DNA of 63,015 nt, filler included, from Rhabdomonas costata (GCA_019059605.1; 43 parts of 43 records of this genome joined end to end with filler, not necessarily neighbours in it), one strand, 5' to 3'; counted from the whole stretch's first letter, positions 12,429 to 26,437 are shown. The notes: a model not told the origin generated them from the sequence alone. Numbers and translations: made by a program.

Positions 12429-12637
12429 AGATCTGTTTCAGCAGTGCCAGCTGTGGCCTGGACTCGTGGGCTGGAGTGAGCTGCCCTAGCGTCGCCAACG
12501 CCTCTTCCCAGGCGGTGATGGATCCGCCAAGGCAGCAGAGCTGGGTCCTTGTGGGGTCCAACCTGAGCTACACGATGGCCCTGCCGAGCTCTAACCTCAC
12601 CTGCACATTCGCTGCACCTCAGGCGGCGTTCTCCAGG
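12429..12637 (+). CDS. Hypothetical protein exon (Cys/Ser-rich, possibly surface protein)
   Basis: TTGCAG acceptor followed by the open frame EICFSSASCGLDSWAGVSCPSVANAS...LTCTFAAPQAAFS and a GT donor. Confidence 0.35.
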
Positions 12638-14023
12638 TTTGGGCATGTTGGTTCTCACGCTCCCTATTCAAACAGAAAGTGATAAGTGTAGTATATACAA
12701 TGTTTTGCAGCACCCCAATGCGTCAGTGTTCAAAATTCGTCCGGGCCCACAAGGCCCAGGGTTCAAGAGGTGGAATGAGCGACCTTTCAGGAACCCCAAT
12801 GCCCGAATGCCCCTCTATTGCTTCACAGGACTCCTTCTACCTCTCTGGACAGCAGTCCCACATCTTGCACATGCCCACACGCATGCACCGTGCAGACTCC
12901 CCAAACCTAATAACACCACAGAATCGGTGACACAATCGGTGACACACATGACAGAGTGCAGGGGTTATGCATAATTGGGTGTTAACACCTCCGAACTCTC
13001 GCTCCCCAAGACCCCACGCACCGCCTTCGAACCCCCTGCGAAAATGTCAGGGAGAACATTCCCCTCCAACGCCCTGCAAGACTTAAACTCGGCTCGGTGT
13101 TAGACGTCTTACGTAACCCAACCCNNNNNNNNNNNNNNNNNNNNNNNNNNNNNNNNNNNNNNNNNNNNTTAATTAATTAANNNNNNNNNNNNNNNNNNNN
13201 NNNNNNNNNNNNNNNNNNNNNNNNGGGGGTTGTGGTTGAAGTCCAGCGTCACGTTCTTCGCTGGCTGGCTATTGTCTTTCTTCCGTGCGTGCTTTCTCTT
13301 CGTCTTACGCTTTCCATCGAGAACTGTTGCTGAGCGTGGTGCTCGTAAGCCAGCATGATTTTGGTTGATTCGATGATTCGATGACTTCGGAAGTAGGTTT
13401 CATTTTTGAATATGAAGTTCATTGTGCGAATTCAGCGGCGATCACGCGGTTTGCATTAGTTCACCACGTTCTTACTGAAAGACCGTGCCTCCAAACCTAT
13501 CCAAAGACGCCTCTTGGTGTCTTGTTTCTCTCTCAGTTGCATGAGGTTTCGTTTTTTTCACAGTCCGCTGAAGCGGCGATTTTACCTGCGCAGCCACGCA
13601 AGGCTGCTCCCCTGCCTGAGGTTTGCAGTTTGCAATTTTTGTGTGAAAAAAATGAAAGAGAGAGAAAGAGAGAGGTAAAGAGGTTTTTTTTCAGGTTCAC
13701 CTCGATGGATCGAAATTGGAGTTGCAGCCCGTTGTGTGTGCCGCCTGACGTTGTCAGTGCAGCGAGTCCAGTTCTTGGTGGGAGTAACTGACAGACAAAT
13801 GTGGCTAAATTTCGAGAGCTGTGGTACAACAAGAGAAATGTGAGAACAGAATTCAAACGGAATCTCACTGAGGAGCCCTTCTAACCAAAGGAAGAGCTTG
13901 GGTGCAAATACGACAGTGGGGATTGGTTGTGGTGGGGGAGGATTTCATAAAACCACGCACATCAAGCGTGTGTTCTGGCATGCAAGCATTGATAGGAAGG
14001 GAGGGAGAAACCCCACAGCGCCC

Positions 14024-14305
14024 TTCTGGGGAGGACTCGAGATCCACTTCCCTTCTGGGCTCCAACCTTTCGATGGGGCATGGGCCCATCGGGCCTCACA
14101 CCCTTGTCGGTCCGTGGTACCTTGTCCCGCTGTCTTGTGATGTGATCACTTACCCCATGTGACTCTATCCACAGTGGGGCCTTGGGAACCCCGATTGGCG
14201 CGTTTAGAGATCTCTTTGTGGGTACCCAACCTTCCGCGCTCGTACGCTTCCCCTAGGGTCCTATTGCCGTTGTGGATTTCAGTCCTCCATCCCACTCCGG
14301 GCTTA
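14024..14305. repeat. Dispersed non-coding repeat family A, copy 1
   Basis: Aligns by eye, with indels, to the reverse complement of 21277-21558. Shared blocks include TTCTGGGGAGGACTCGAG, CTCACACCCTTGTC, GGGAACCCCGATTGGCGCGTTT and TCCCACTCCGGGCTTA. Confidence 0.9.
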
Positions 14306-15269
14306 GACCCGCTTTCCTATCCCTGCTGCCATCTGGACATCGCTTCTCTCCACTCTTCGCTTGCCCGGGCATCCCTTCGTGCCTTGTGGGCACTCCTTCG
14401 CTTCTTCGTTCCCTCTCTGGTCTCCCAGTTTTCGCTGCCATTCTCCCCTTCTCTCGTGCTGAACGGACTGCTCCTGTCCCACCGCAGGCTTTCCGTTCCT
14501 AGCTGCCACTCGCCACTTCGTCGTGGTAGTTGCTCTTGGTTGGGGGAAAAGGCCTCCACTGACTCAGTGTGGAGGGCCCCTGAAAAAAACCCNNNNNNNN
14601 NNNNNNNNNNNNNNNNNNNNNNNNNNNNNNNNNNNNTTAATTAATTAANNNNNNNNNNNNNNNNNNNNNNNNNNNNNNNNNNNNNNNNNNNNTGTGGTGG
14701 GTGTGGTTGGGGTTTGGGGGGCATAAATGCACTTCTGGCCATCTCTCCAGTGCATCGGGGAACATAAACACAAATACAAAAACACAATCACACAAAGATT
14801 ACCCATCCACAGTAATCACAAGATAAGTTCAGATTGTATCATCACGCCTAGGCAGAGAGAAAAGGGCTTACCACACTGCAACCGAAATTGACCCGGTACC
14901 GAATGTACGGTACGGACTACAGTGCGGCGGAAAACACAGCCACTCACAAGCGGCAAACCGCAAATGCGACAACAGCTGACAAAAATAGGGAGGGAGGGTA
15001 ATTCACGTATATGAAAGGTGTTGAGTGGATGAGGCACCAAAATAAAAATGTAAACATAGCAGACTGACAGCAGACTGACCGTCCCCCCAGGCCCAATACA
15101 ACCAATACAACAGTTCGACAAGAATTTTCAAAACCGAACTTGCTGGACTGGTGGGGCACGGGCGCTACGCTAATCCCTCCGCAAAAATCACGTATACCGT
15201 GGAAATAGTTTTTGACAAACGAAGAAATGTATGCAATCAGACGGACCGGGGCTCACACCTGCCACACAC

Positions 15270-16059
<790 letters not shown>

Positions 16060-16821
16060 ANNNNNNNNNNNNNNNNNNNNNNNNNNNNNNNNNNNNNNNN
16101 NNNNTTAATTAATTAANNNNNNNNNNNNNNNNNNNNNNNNNNNNNNNNNNNNNNNNNNNNGTTGTTGGGTACAACTTGCCCAACGCCGTGGGGTCCCTGG
16201 TGCTTTCTCCGGATCTTCTGGCGAGCATATGGGGCGGTGTGTTGCCAGTGCTTGCCGAGTTGATGTAGCCTGTCCTAACTCCAGGCAAAAGACGACACCC
16301 GAAGGCGCCGGAAGTCGCTGAGCAGCATTTTGTCAGTTCTTGATGAGCCATCGTTTCATGGGGCCGCTGTGGGCTTGGTGGCTCTCTTTATACTGTCGTG
16401 CAGGGAGTGTGACGATGTGGAATGATCCTGCCCTTGCCGCGTTAAACCCTGGCCTGAGCCTGCCCAGAGTGCCGATCCGGGTCCTGATTCGTGCGGTACG
16501 CTTTTTCTCAGCTTTCTGCTTGGTAGCACCTCTCGCACGAAACCCTGAGGGTGGACTCCCCCCGCTCCGCCTTCTTTTGGGTTTTTCGCTGCTCGTGGAT
16601 GATGGAGCACATTTGGCATCTGAGATGCCCCCAAAACACGGAGGTTATCACCTTTCGGGCACCTCTCAAGACACTTTTGCGTCTGACAGATACGCAAGCA
16701 ATAATCCGCAAAGCTTTTGACATATTCTCATACTCCACGCTATCCCGAAAGCAATTTTGTAAAGTTGTTCTGGTTTGTGACTGTTCTATCACCCACAGAG
16801 CCCTTCCTTTTCCCTTCTAAG

Positions 16822-17528
16822 GGCGACTCCGGGGCCACCTCGATCCTCACCACAGCGCTGAACAAGCTGAGCCCGCGGTGGGCTGCGCGGTTTGACCCCG
16901 CAGGGCTTCGCAGGGTCTCGCACCAACCTGACTCAGTGCAAGGACGACCCCACGATGGCCTCCACGGTGCGGCCACCTGCGCGGCTCTCACACCGTTCTT
17001 GCAACCGTTCGGCGCATACACACTGCTACACTGCTGGAGGTATTGAGCCGATCAACGCCGCCACAGTGCGCAGACGGGTGTTGGGGCTTCGCCCAGGACG
17101 GCGCTTTGTTTGCCCATCCCTACTCTCTTGCAGATCCTCGGCACGCAGTACAGCATGGGGTATCTCTCGTTGAACGTCGCGGTGACCCGGGCTGTGACCT
17201 TTGCCCAGCTGCAGAACCAGCACGGCGTCAGCACCTCCCCAGCCGCCGCGGCTATCCAGACGGACCTGGAGAACATCGACTTTGACAGCCACTTCACGGT
17301 CCCCCCTTTGCCTTCGCCTTGCCTCATCTGCTCCCCTGTACAGCGCCTGTACTGCACCGTGTATGGGGGTCCACGGGCCCAAAGTCAAGCCCGGGTGAGC
17401 TGCTCTTGTTTATAGTTGTGGTTGTTTTTTTCTGTAGGCCGACGTGATTGGGCTGCCTGGGCTGACCACTTACCCCATCCTGGGGCTGTCCTACGCTGTC
17501 ATCGACACGCAGACCCTCGCCCCAAACC
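16822..17528 (+). CDS. PstS-like (PBP2 phosphate-binding) domain protein, partial; exons about 16822-16966, 17134-17298, 17438->17528
   Basis: GDSGATSILTTALNKLSPRW ... ILGTQYSMGYLSL...AQLQNQHG...P ... TYPILGLSY matches the PstS motifs DSGTT..FT..LS..SP.W, SIGY, A.L.N..G...P and YPI...SY. There is an apparent +1 frameshift near 16903. Confidence 0.75.
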
Positions 17529-20500
17529 NNNNNNNNNNNNNNNNNNNNNNNNNNNNNNNNNNNNNNNNNNNNTTAATTAATTAANNNNNNNNNNNNNNNN
17601 NNNNNNNNNNNNNNNNNNNNNNNNNNNNGGGGTGGTTTGCTTGCGCGCCTTCGACTTATTCTTCGCCCCGTTTTCGCAAAACTCTCAGTTGAGTTGGCAA
17701 AGTTGCTACCCGCCACGGTAGCTTCTCCTTCGGAAGAGGCATGCATTTGCACTGCACCGCTCTTGTAATTTCTCTTCTTCGTGATCCCGTTCTTCTCCGA
17801 TGTCACTGCTATCAAGCAGCCACCGTCTCTGTGTCCAAGTTGCCTTTGTGTCCCTCCGATAGCAGGCACGCACGTTCAAGTCTGAGGGGAGGAACGGCTA
17901 ATGAACAAACAACCGTCCAAGTAAAACGCTATCAGTCGCACTTCACTCGCAATCAAAAAGGTGGATGGACGAGATTCCTCAGGATCAACGAGAAGAACGT
18001 GCTTAAAGCAAGAATTCAATGATACCGTTTCGAAAGTTGGAGTGCCCAGATTTGGGTTCCAGGCCTTGGTTTAGGTTATCTTTACGATGAGCGGCATTTA
18101 GCTTGGCGCCAATTGTCATCCTGATGAACAAATCTGGCAGTGTAATGTCCTGCTCTTGTGATTTGCGTGTACTGGAACGGGAATCGCTTTCAATGAGGGC
18201 AAGCAGGTGATGGGGTTGCCCTTTGTTCCCTAAAGATTGAGGAGGCTGGCTCCGAAGCTGACAGTGAGGTGACCGTGATCTGCTCGGCCCCAGGGGGGCC
18301 TCCCTCCCCTCCTCCGCAGTCCTGGCACCGGAAGCCTGGGTCGGCGGTGGTGGGCACGCCCGTGCATGGACGAATCTCCCCTATTTCCATGGGCACTGAG
18401 GTGGCGGTGTCGCTGCAAGACTCGGAGGTCTCTTGAGGAAAGGAACCCATTGCATTTGGGCAATATCCATTTGTTGGTGTTAACGTTCTTTTCTTCTCTT
18501 TATCTTTTCTGTTGTTAATTTCTGTACAATTCTACCAAATCGTTGTTCAGAGGAGGAGGCCAGTCTTCCGCGAAACCGGCAGGGAGGAGGAGGTGGTTGG
18601 TACTTATGCAATGGGCGCTATTCAACGTTTCACAGCGTTAAATATGCTGAATTTGGTGAAGAACTGGATGGGGAAGAGAAGAAGCGTGGAGAAATGCGTA
18701 AGACAAGGGAAGGAAATATCCGCGAAAGGAAATGGTAGGTAAGAAGGAGACCGCGCACAGGAAGGGAATAATGGGTAGGGTAGGGAGGAGGAAAAGGAGA
18801 GCAAAGCAGGGCAGAGGAAAGGAGGAATGCGTGCACACAAACCAACCGCAGTGATTCGTAAGCGGTGTTTTTGGAGCGGGGGACCGAAAATGAAAGCTTG
18901 CCTAAAATGACCCAAATGTTGGGTTCAAAGCTCTTGCCGGACTGACCAGTCTGGAGTCTGGACCACCACCACCGCCACCACGAAACCAATGGGGGCNNNN
19001 NNNNNNNNNNNNNNNNNNNNNNNNNNNNNNNNNNNNNNNNTTAATTAATTAANNNNNNNNNNNNNNNNNNNNNNNNNNNNNNNNNNNNNNNNNNNNCCGT
19101 GTGCTGGTTAAAGTGGATCTACGTTCCCTCATGATGGATCCCAGTTGTGTGTGCGATCTTTTTTTTCGCCTTTGGCAACCATCCCCCCCATCCGAGTCCG
19201 AATTTGTGCGCGATTAACATTTCCTGCTAGCTGGTGGTTAAACAAATGCATGTAAATTGAGGAAAGGGGTGGGGAAAGGGGAGGCTGTAACTTAAGCGCC
19301 AACCCATTCTGACTTTTCAGAAAATTTTAAAAATTCAGATCGAAAGAATGGTTTGACACCAAGCGGTGAAATGCCCCCCTCGCTCGATATCCTGAAGTTT
19401 ATTGGCGCTGCTCCACTGAACGGCTCCAACTCAGGACAGATTATTAATGATTCACATCAACGGGGGCGGGCCAGAGTCCATTCAGCCTGCCCACTCGACA
19501 GAGAAGCCCACTGCCAGATTCGAACACCTCCAAGTTCTACTGATCCTTTCCGTTCAGGCCCGGCACCTTGTTGCCGCCACCTTTGCTTAGCGCTGCCCAT
19601 CCTGAAGCAAAGAAAGGCAAGCACCAATGGAAAACTCACAGAGCACACATGACAGCCCAGGTGTTGCTCAAACATGTGCAATCAATCATCCCCTATGAGC
19701 GGGCGTGGCTAGAGGGGATGAGGGGGACACCAGAGGCAGCCAGGAAGTTTACCGGGCTCGTTGCCTCAGGGTAGAGCAATCGTGTATGGCAGCAGAGCGT
19801 ACCAATTACACAGCTCTGCAACAGAGAGAACGCCTGCTATCAACCGCAGGAAAGAAATTCTTTTCACGCTGTATCGAAGGGAAGCAAGGAAATGTTGGAT
19901 CACCACGGATCGAGGAGGGGAGGGGGTGGGGTTGGAGGGAAAGAAGACTTTCCCACTGAACCAGCATGTTCTCGGCACTACTGATGGCCAAGGCGACGCC
20001 ACTAGCACAACAGAGCCGGTGAAGAAACCCGCACAGCGGCATGGGTGAGAGTGGGCAAACCGAAAAAAACTGGTTGAATATGCTCTTGCACAAAGGATGA
20101 GGTATGAGCAACGGTTCGGGTTCGGCTGACCACAAACCTGTCGCGGTTGCGCGGGTAGGGAGGCGGAGCGAGCAGACACAATGGAGAATTTTCAATTCCC
20201 CATTATAAAGATTTTTCGGGGGGGGGGCATTGCCTAACATATCGTGCACGAGTGTGTCTGAGAGAAGCTGAGAAATGAGCAAGCACAACTATTTGCAAGT
20301 GAACAAAAAATCCAGCATGCATGAGAGTCACGCCCACTCATCCCAAACCCTGGAACCTTGACCTCAACAAATCCTCCCCTCCAAACACGCCCATACAAAT
20401 CAGCTGAAGACATAACTCCCCATAAATTCCTCGTCTTGCCAAGGCCCAAAAGTCACCAAAAACCNNNNNNNNNNNNNNNNNNNNNNNNNNNNNNNNNNNN

Positions 20501-21276
20501 NNNNNNNNTTAATTAATTAANNNNNNNNNNNNNNNNNNNNNNNNNNNNNNNNNNNNNNNNNNNNATGAAGGAGATTCCCCCCCTCCTGTTATTCAGTATT
20601 TTGGTGGTAGCAGAGCAGAAATGAGAATTCGCCCAACATCGATTCACAAAAAACGACAGCGAACCATGACGATCGGGGACCATTTCCACTCTGTCTCGGG
20701 GACTATTTCCACGCTGTCTGCCGCTACAATGTATGGGTCACTGTTGGTTTGTGCTGCTTTGCCGACGCATTCCGAACTGCAACTGCATCATGCCTTCCCT
20801 CATCGCTTGTTCCTCTATTTTGTCCTTCTATCTTGGGCTTGGGCAATGAGTGCGTCAGCATCGTATCGAACGCGGCACGCACTCAAGTGCTGAGCTCAAG
20901 GTTGATGGTCAAGCTCTTGCATTCGAACATGCTCCCTTGCTTCGCTCGTGGACAAAGTCGCACCTCTACCCCTCCCTGCGATTTCACAGCGGCACCGCGT
21001 TGAGATCCTTCGCGAGCTGGAAGAGATCAAGCGACAGCTGCAGGCCCGCAACGAGACTCCAGCCTTCCTGTGTGCACCTCTCCACGCGATCATCTCTATC
21101 ATTTCTTCTCTTAAATCAAGAAGGAGATGCATCTTTTTCTGAAATCCTACATCCTCCAGCCTGCCGATTTATGGGCTTTGGGGGGCAGGGTTGTTAACCG
21201 AAGTGGGAAGTTAGGGTTCCCTCTTGGATGACAGTGAAGGCGTTTGTGTATATGTGAGTGTGGGTGTGAAAAAATT

Positions 21277-21584
21277 TAAGCCCGGAGTGGGATTGAGGAT
21301 CCAAACCCACAAGGGCAGTCGGTCCCAAGGGGCAGTGTACGAGCCCGGAAGGTTGGATACCCACAAACGCGCCAATCGGGGTTCCCAGGGGGCCCCCGCA
21401 TACACTGTGGATCGAGGGTCGCATGGGGTATGCCAACCCTACTTGACAAGAGAGAGGGGCAAGGCACCGACAGACAAGGGTGTGAGACCTGATGAATCCC
21501 CGTACCCCGTCGAAAGGTGAGAGCCCGGGGGGGGGGGGACCTCGAGTCCTCCCCAGAAAAATTCGCCCTTGCCAAGTGCACAAA
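21277..21584. repeat. Dispersed non-coding repeat family A, copy 2 (opposite orientation)
   Basis: Reverse-complement match to 14024-14305. Its terminal AAAAATTCGCCCTTGCCAAGTGCACAAA also matches 54891-54918. Confidence 0.9.
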
Positions 21585-22479
21585 TGTGTTACGTTACAAA
21601 GGCTGCTCTCGATGCAATGTTAAATAATCACCGAGTAACTCGTCTCCAGCCCATGTCTAAACCTGCCTGCCCACTGACACGAGCAGTTCCTGTCAGCGCT
21701 ATGTGGTTATGCGAAGAAAGGAGACGAGGAGATGAAAAAGGACTTTGAAAATGACAGCATCTGCTGATATGATGATGTGACGGACCCCTCGAACTAGAAC
21801 GCCCAGTAGCTGTTCCAGCCTCTGGATCCATGCTCGTTCACGAGCACGGAAATTCATAGGAACGTCCTATGGTACTGGCCACTATTTTCTGCATGTTTGA
21901 TCACGGACCACTGACCCGTGATCAAACAAACANNNNNNNNNNNNNNNNNNNNNNNNNNNNNNNNNNNNNNNNNNNNTTAATTAATTAANNNNNNNNNNNN
22001 NNNNNNNNNNNNNNNNNNNNNNNNNNNNNNNNTGTTGGTTGTCCGTATATTTCACCAGGGAAAAAATGCACAAGCAAAACTGAGTAGGAAAACCACTGGT
22101 GGTTTCAGATTGGGGAAATAGAAAGGAGAAAGGATGCTGGATGCTTTGAGGAGTGTTGAGTATTCGAAGAGGGGGGGGGGGACGGAGACAGATCCGACCG
22201 CATTGTGCTCCTCCTGAGATTCGCGCTTGTTCAAAGCTGAATAAGGTGAATGTAATTGTGGTGAAAAGGGAGAAGTGAAGGTGGACCTTCACCTGCGACG
22301 ATGGAAGATTTTCCTCCCCGTGTGTAAAATCTTTCTCAGGGGTTGGTTCTTGTCGACGTCGAAGGTGGAACCATTATCATTGTAAGAGAAGCTGGCCAAA
22401 GCTTTTTGTACACGGTCAAACTCGTCTGCAATCAGCTCCAAATCAGCAACATCCTCCTCCTCCTCCTCCTGGCATTGTG

Positions 22480-22788
22480 AGTAACTTTCTGCCATTGTTG
22501 CCTTGACTGGCCACAGCAAGGAAACCTGGTTTCCAACAAACCGAGATAGGCAACCCCAGATTAGATTCTGGTCCATCGCCCGTGCTCGAGGGCACATACG
22601 TTCCCTTACTGAGTCTCTTCCTCAGGTTGCAATCGGAAGAGCATTCCAACGAGAGGTGTGGGAGCGCAGTGACCGAAAGCGGTGTGGCGAGAGAACTGTG
22701 GAGCCTCTGCGCATACAGCGTCCAACATGGCCTGACAGTCCAGCATGATGTACACGTTCTGGAAGTCGACCAAGAGAACCGCTGTGTT
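22480..22788 (-). pseudogene. Degenerate non-LTR retrotransposon reverse transcriptase (CRE/SLACS-like or another early-branching clade)
   Basis: A minus frame absent from the ORF track reads NTAVLLVDFQNVYIMLDCQAMLDAVCAEAPQFSRHTAFGHCAPTPLVGMLFRLQPEEETQ*GNVC. This matches the RT motifs lD..NAfN.vdR.amL.av....P and G.QQGD, with one Q mutated to a stop. Confidence 0.65.
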
Positions 22789-24119
22789 TACCAGTGTTCA
22801 CTATCAACACTTTCTGTGCCTCGTCGTCATCTTTTTTCCGTCGCTGTCGTCTTTGGATTCTGGAAGAAAATTCCAATTTCATTATTGATTCTCGAAAATT
22901 ACACAAACGTCGGCTTCACATTTTCGCCCAGTGTTTTTTGGATTATCATGAGAAGGTTTCATGGAAAGTGAGGAGGTCGGGCGAAAGGGCGAAAACGAAA
23001 CTTTTTTGAGAAGTTGTTGTGTGTGGACAGCCTGACGCTATTCACTGTTGCTGTTTGTTGTGCTAAAGAAGTTCCCCTTTGTTTTCTCGTCGTTGCGCGC
23101 GCTTGCGTGCGTGGAAACTTGAAGACAGGTAAGGTTCGCGGTGGCAGCACTGCTTCGGTTAAGCGCTGTGTCGGTCTCCACTCAGCACACCATAGGCTTA
23201 ACCAGTGTAGTCACGTGAATGCTGTAAATCTCCCGTACTACTGGGAGTGGAGTACTAAAAATTCTGGAAAGGTTAGATGGATGGGCGAAACACACGGGGT
23301 CGAATCGATTTACGTGCCAATTCGGACTTTGTGGATTTCCTGTGATTTAATTTTCCAAATATTTTCATCACATTTCGGGGACGTTAGAAAAACCCAAACC
23401 NNNNNNNNNNNNNNNNNNNNNNNNNNNNNNNNNNNNNNNNNNNNTTAATTAATTAANNNNNNNNNNNNNNNNNNNNNNNNNNNNNNNNNNNNNNNNNNNN
23501 GGGGTGGTGGTCCATCTCCGGTGGACAGAGACATTGTAGGACTGACAGCCTTTCTGTGCCTGTGACTTTCAAGAAGAGGGAAGCTGGGTTCTCCTCCGAA
23601 GAGCGAAGAGGGAGTGTATACGCTGGGACACCGCCTGGTTTTAGGTGCTGCACGTGGGTTGTCCTACTCATTAACATTAAAGAAAAGGATGGTTCGAAGG
23701 AAGAGGAAGGAAAGTTCGAGCTAATCAATGCCGCATCACCCCACCCGCGTCACAACACATCGCACAGGTTCTTTATTTGGAGTTACTTTAATGCGGCTTC
23801 GTCTCTGAATAAGACAGGGTAAAGAGTCAGAATATTTCGGCAGCCGGGTTCACGAAGTTTGGGCATACAGGTCAAATGATGTCACTGCCGCAGGGGTGGA
23901 GGGTCCGGGAGTGTGGAGGTAAAATTACCAAGAAAGGATACGTTCTACTATCCTTTCGACAACGAAGAAAGAGTTCGCATGACAAAACACTTAGTGGCGA
24001 GCGCAGCGATAACGCAACTCCTTTTACGGTGGGAGCTGCCAACTTTGGGAAGCACGAAACAGGACGGAGGACGAATTTCCAACTTTCTAAACGAAATCGA
24101 TCTTTTTTGCAATAAACTT

Positions 24120-24868
24120 TTGTGAGGGGGGTCAAGCGAGCGATCACACACGCAATCATTTTCATCCATGGGAGCCCCTTCGCGCCCCGCGCCATCCGGA
24201 CTCGCGTTTCCAAAAGCTGCAGCAACATGTCCCAGAGAGTGAGCGCTGCCTCCGCCATTCCTTCAGGGCTGTTCAGCTCAAAAACTACCATCTGGAGCCA
24301 GGCCAGAGGCTCATCCCTGTCGTCCTACACAAAAAAACTAGCGGTCCACATAAAACACAAAATAACAAGCAATCGAGCAATTGAGCAAGTTAACAAGCAA
24401 TCGAGAATTTTCTCTCACCGCCGTTTTTGTCGCTGCCAGAATGGCGCAGAACTGACATTGACACCAATACTGACATTGCCCTTTCCCACACCTGAATCAC
24501 AAATGCCTGCCGCCCTAGGAAGAACTACCATGAGAGGTTAGGGGCCATAACCTCCGCCGCAGCGAAAAAGTTGACGAATCCATCGCAACCCTGCCTAAGC
24601 ATCCGCGTTCCTGAACTTGTACTGCAGTTGAGACTTGGGTTGAAGCCCGCGCCGCAAAAGCCTATAATAAAAGAGCAAGAAACTCCAAGGGCAAGCCTAA
24701 AAACCAACCAAAACGCAAATCTGTCCATCGCACCAGGCCCTCCATGAAGGATTCCATTTGTGCGTCCAGGTACTCCGTCACCTTGTGCCCGAGGGACACC
24801 TCCGTTCTCATTGCCTTGACAGTGGGGTACGCCCACTCAGGTAATTTCATGATTCGCAACCCCACAAC
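24120..24868 (-). CDS. Hypothetical multi-exon protein
   Basis: Two coding-like segments: GLRIMKLPEWAYPTVKAMRTEVSLGHKVTEYLDAQMESFMEGL and EPLAWLQMVVFELNSPEGMAEAALTLWDMLLQLLETRVRM. No family recognised and boundaries are approximate. Confidence 0.4.
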
Positions 24869-26437
24869 NNNNNNNNNNNNNNNNNNNNNNNNNNNNNNNN
24901 NNNNNNNNNNNNTTAATTAATTAANNNNNNNNNNNNNNNNNNNNNNNNNNNNNNNNNNNNNNNNNNNNCGTTGTTGTGGTAAAGTAGTTGTTGGCTTCAT
25001 GCATCTAATTGGATGCAGTAACATTCATTCGTGTACCAGCAGTGGAATGGATATACATCAACATTGGTGTTCTTGCATCTAGTGATTCCTGCATCGCAAT
25101 TTTAGCCTTAAATGGACGTTGTTTTTTCAGTTTTTCTGTGCTCACACTCTTTCATCTAAGTCACATCGGTGATTATTGAATCAAATGGTATTATTATCAA
25201 AAATGTATCCCACAATAGATCTCAGAATACAATTAAACATTAGCAGTAGGTATTGACATCTGTGGGGGTGGTAGAAATGGGCACCAATCGGCATGGCATT
25301 AGTGGTTAAGTGCATAGAGTCAATAGTGTATAGAGGTTCTGTCAATCAATATCACTCATCCAATATCAAACACCTGGGCCATAAGTTACACATGTGGTTA
25401 TAATATCAGCGGATGCTGTGGTGGTTATGGAATCTGTGTTGCATCATCACCTCGGCTGACATCTTGCATCAACACACGGTGTCACTACACATCGCTCTTG
25501 TTACAATGGGGTGCCTCTTCCTTCGTTTCGACAGGTATTCCAAATATATGTTGAGGAATACACGCGGATGCATACAACAAACAGTAACCATTCCACCCAA
25601 AGTCACAGTCACCATTTCAGCCACATTTACCAACAGCAACAACTCAACGACCAACCACACAACTCCAACACCACATCCCACACAATATGGCACTGAAATT
25701 AAAACTAAAATCATAGCAATAAAATCCATTTATGCACCACAACCTGACGACATGATCCAATGCACCAACACCATCCAAATTCAACTCCATAGACAATACA
25801 CTACATAAGTACACTATAACAGAATGTAATGAGCATGTATGAGTGGAATACAATGCATTAAATTGAATTGTTTGAAAACATATCACACAGCCCACACCTT
25901 ATCGTCATCACACCTACATCAGAGGAAAGAATGTGATGCCAAACATAAAAAAATATCACACCTCGTCACCACAACCAGCGTATCTACCATCAGCAGTAGA
26001 AGCCACCATGATTGAGACAAGGAATGGCAGCAACACAAACCTGTCACACATCATCACTGCTAATGATGACAGCATTGACACTCACACAACGGCCGTTGGT
26101 CCACTCATCCAGAGCTCAAACAAGCAACATATCAGCACTGGGATTGAGCACACATCATGAACCACCATCGCCCACAATGCACACCTGTCCTCCAACGCCT
26201 ACTACCCACACTACCACACTATGACCTTGCCTGCTACACATCTCCAAAGACAAACAAAATACCCTAAAACAACAGGATACGCTTCACAATACCACACATA
26301 GTGACACCACAACACAACCAAGCAGTACACCAACAANNNNNNNNNNNNNNNNNNNNNNNNNNNNNNNNNNNNNNNNNNNNTTAATTAATTAANNNNNNNN
26401 NNNNNNNNNNNNNNNNNNNNNNNNNNNNNNNNNNNNC

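Noticed and set aside
21489-21520. CTGATGA...GAAA, resembling a hammerhead ribozyme core within repeat A
   Set aside because: The intervening sequence cannot form stem II, and the homologous copy at about 14070-14099 lacks CTGATGA.
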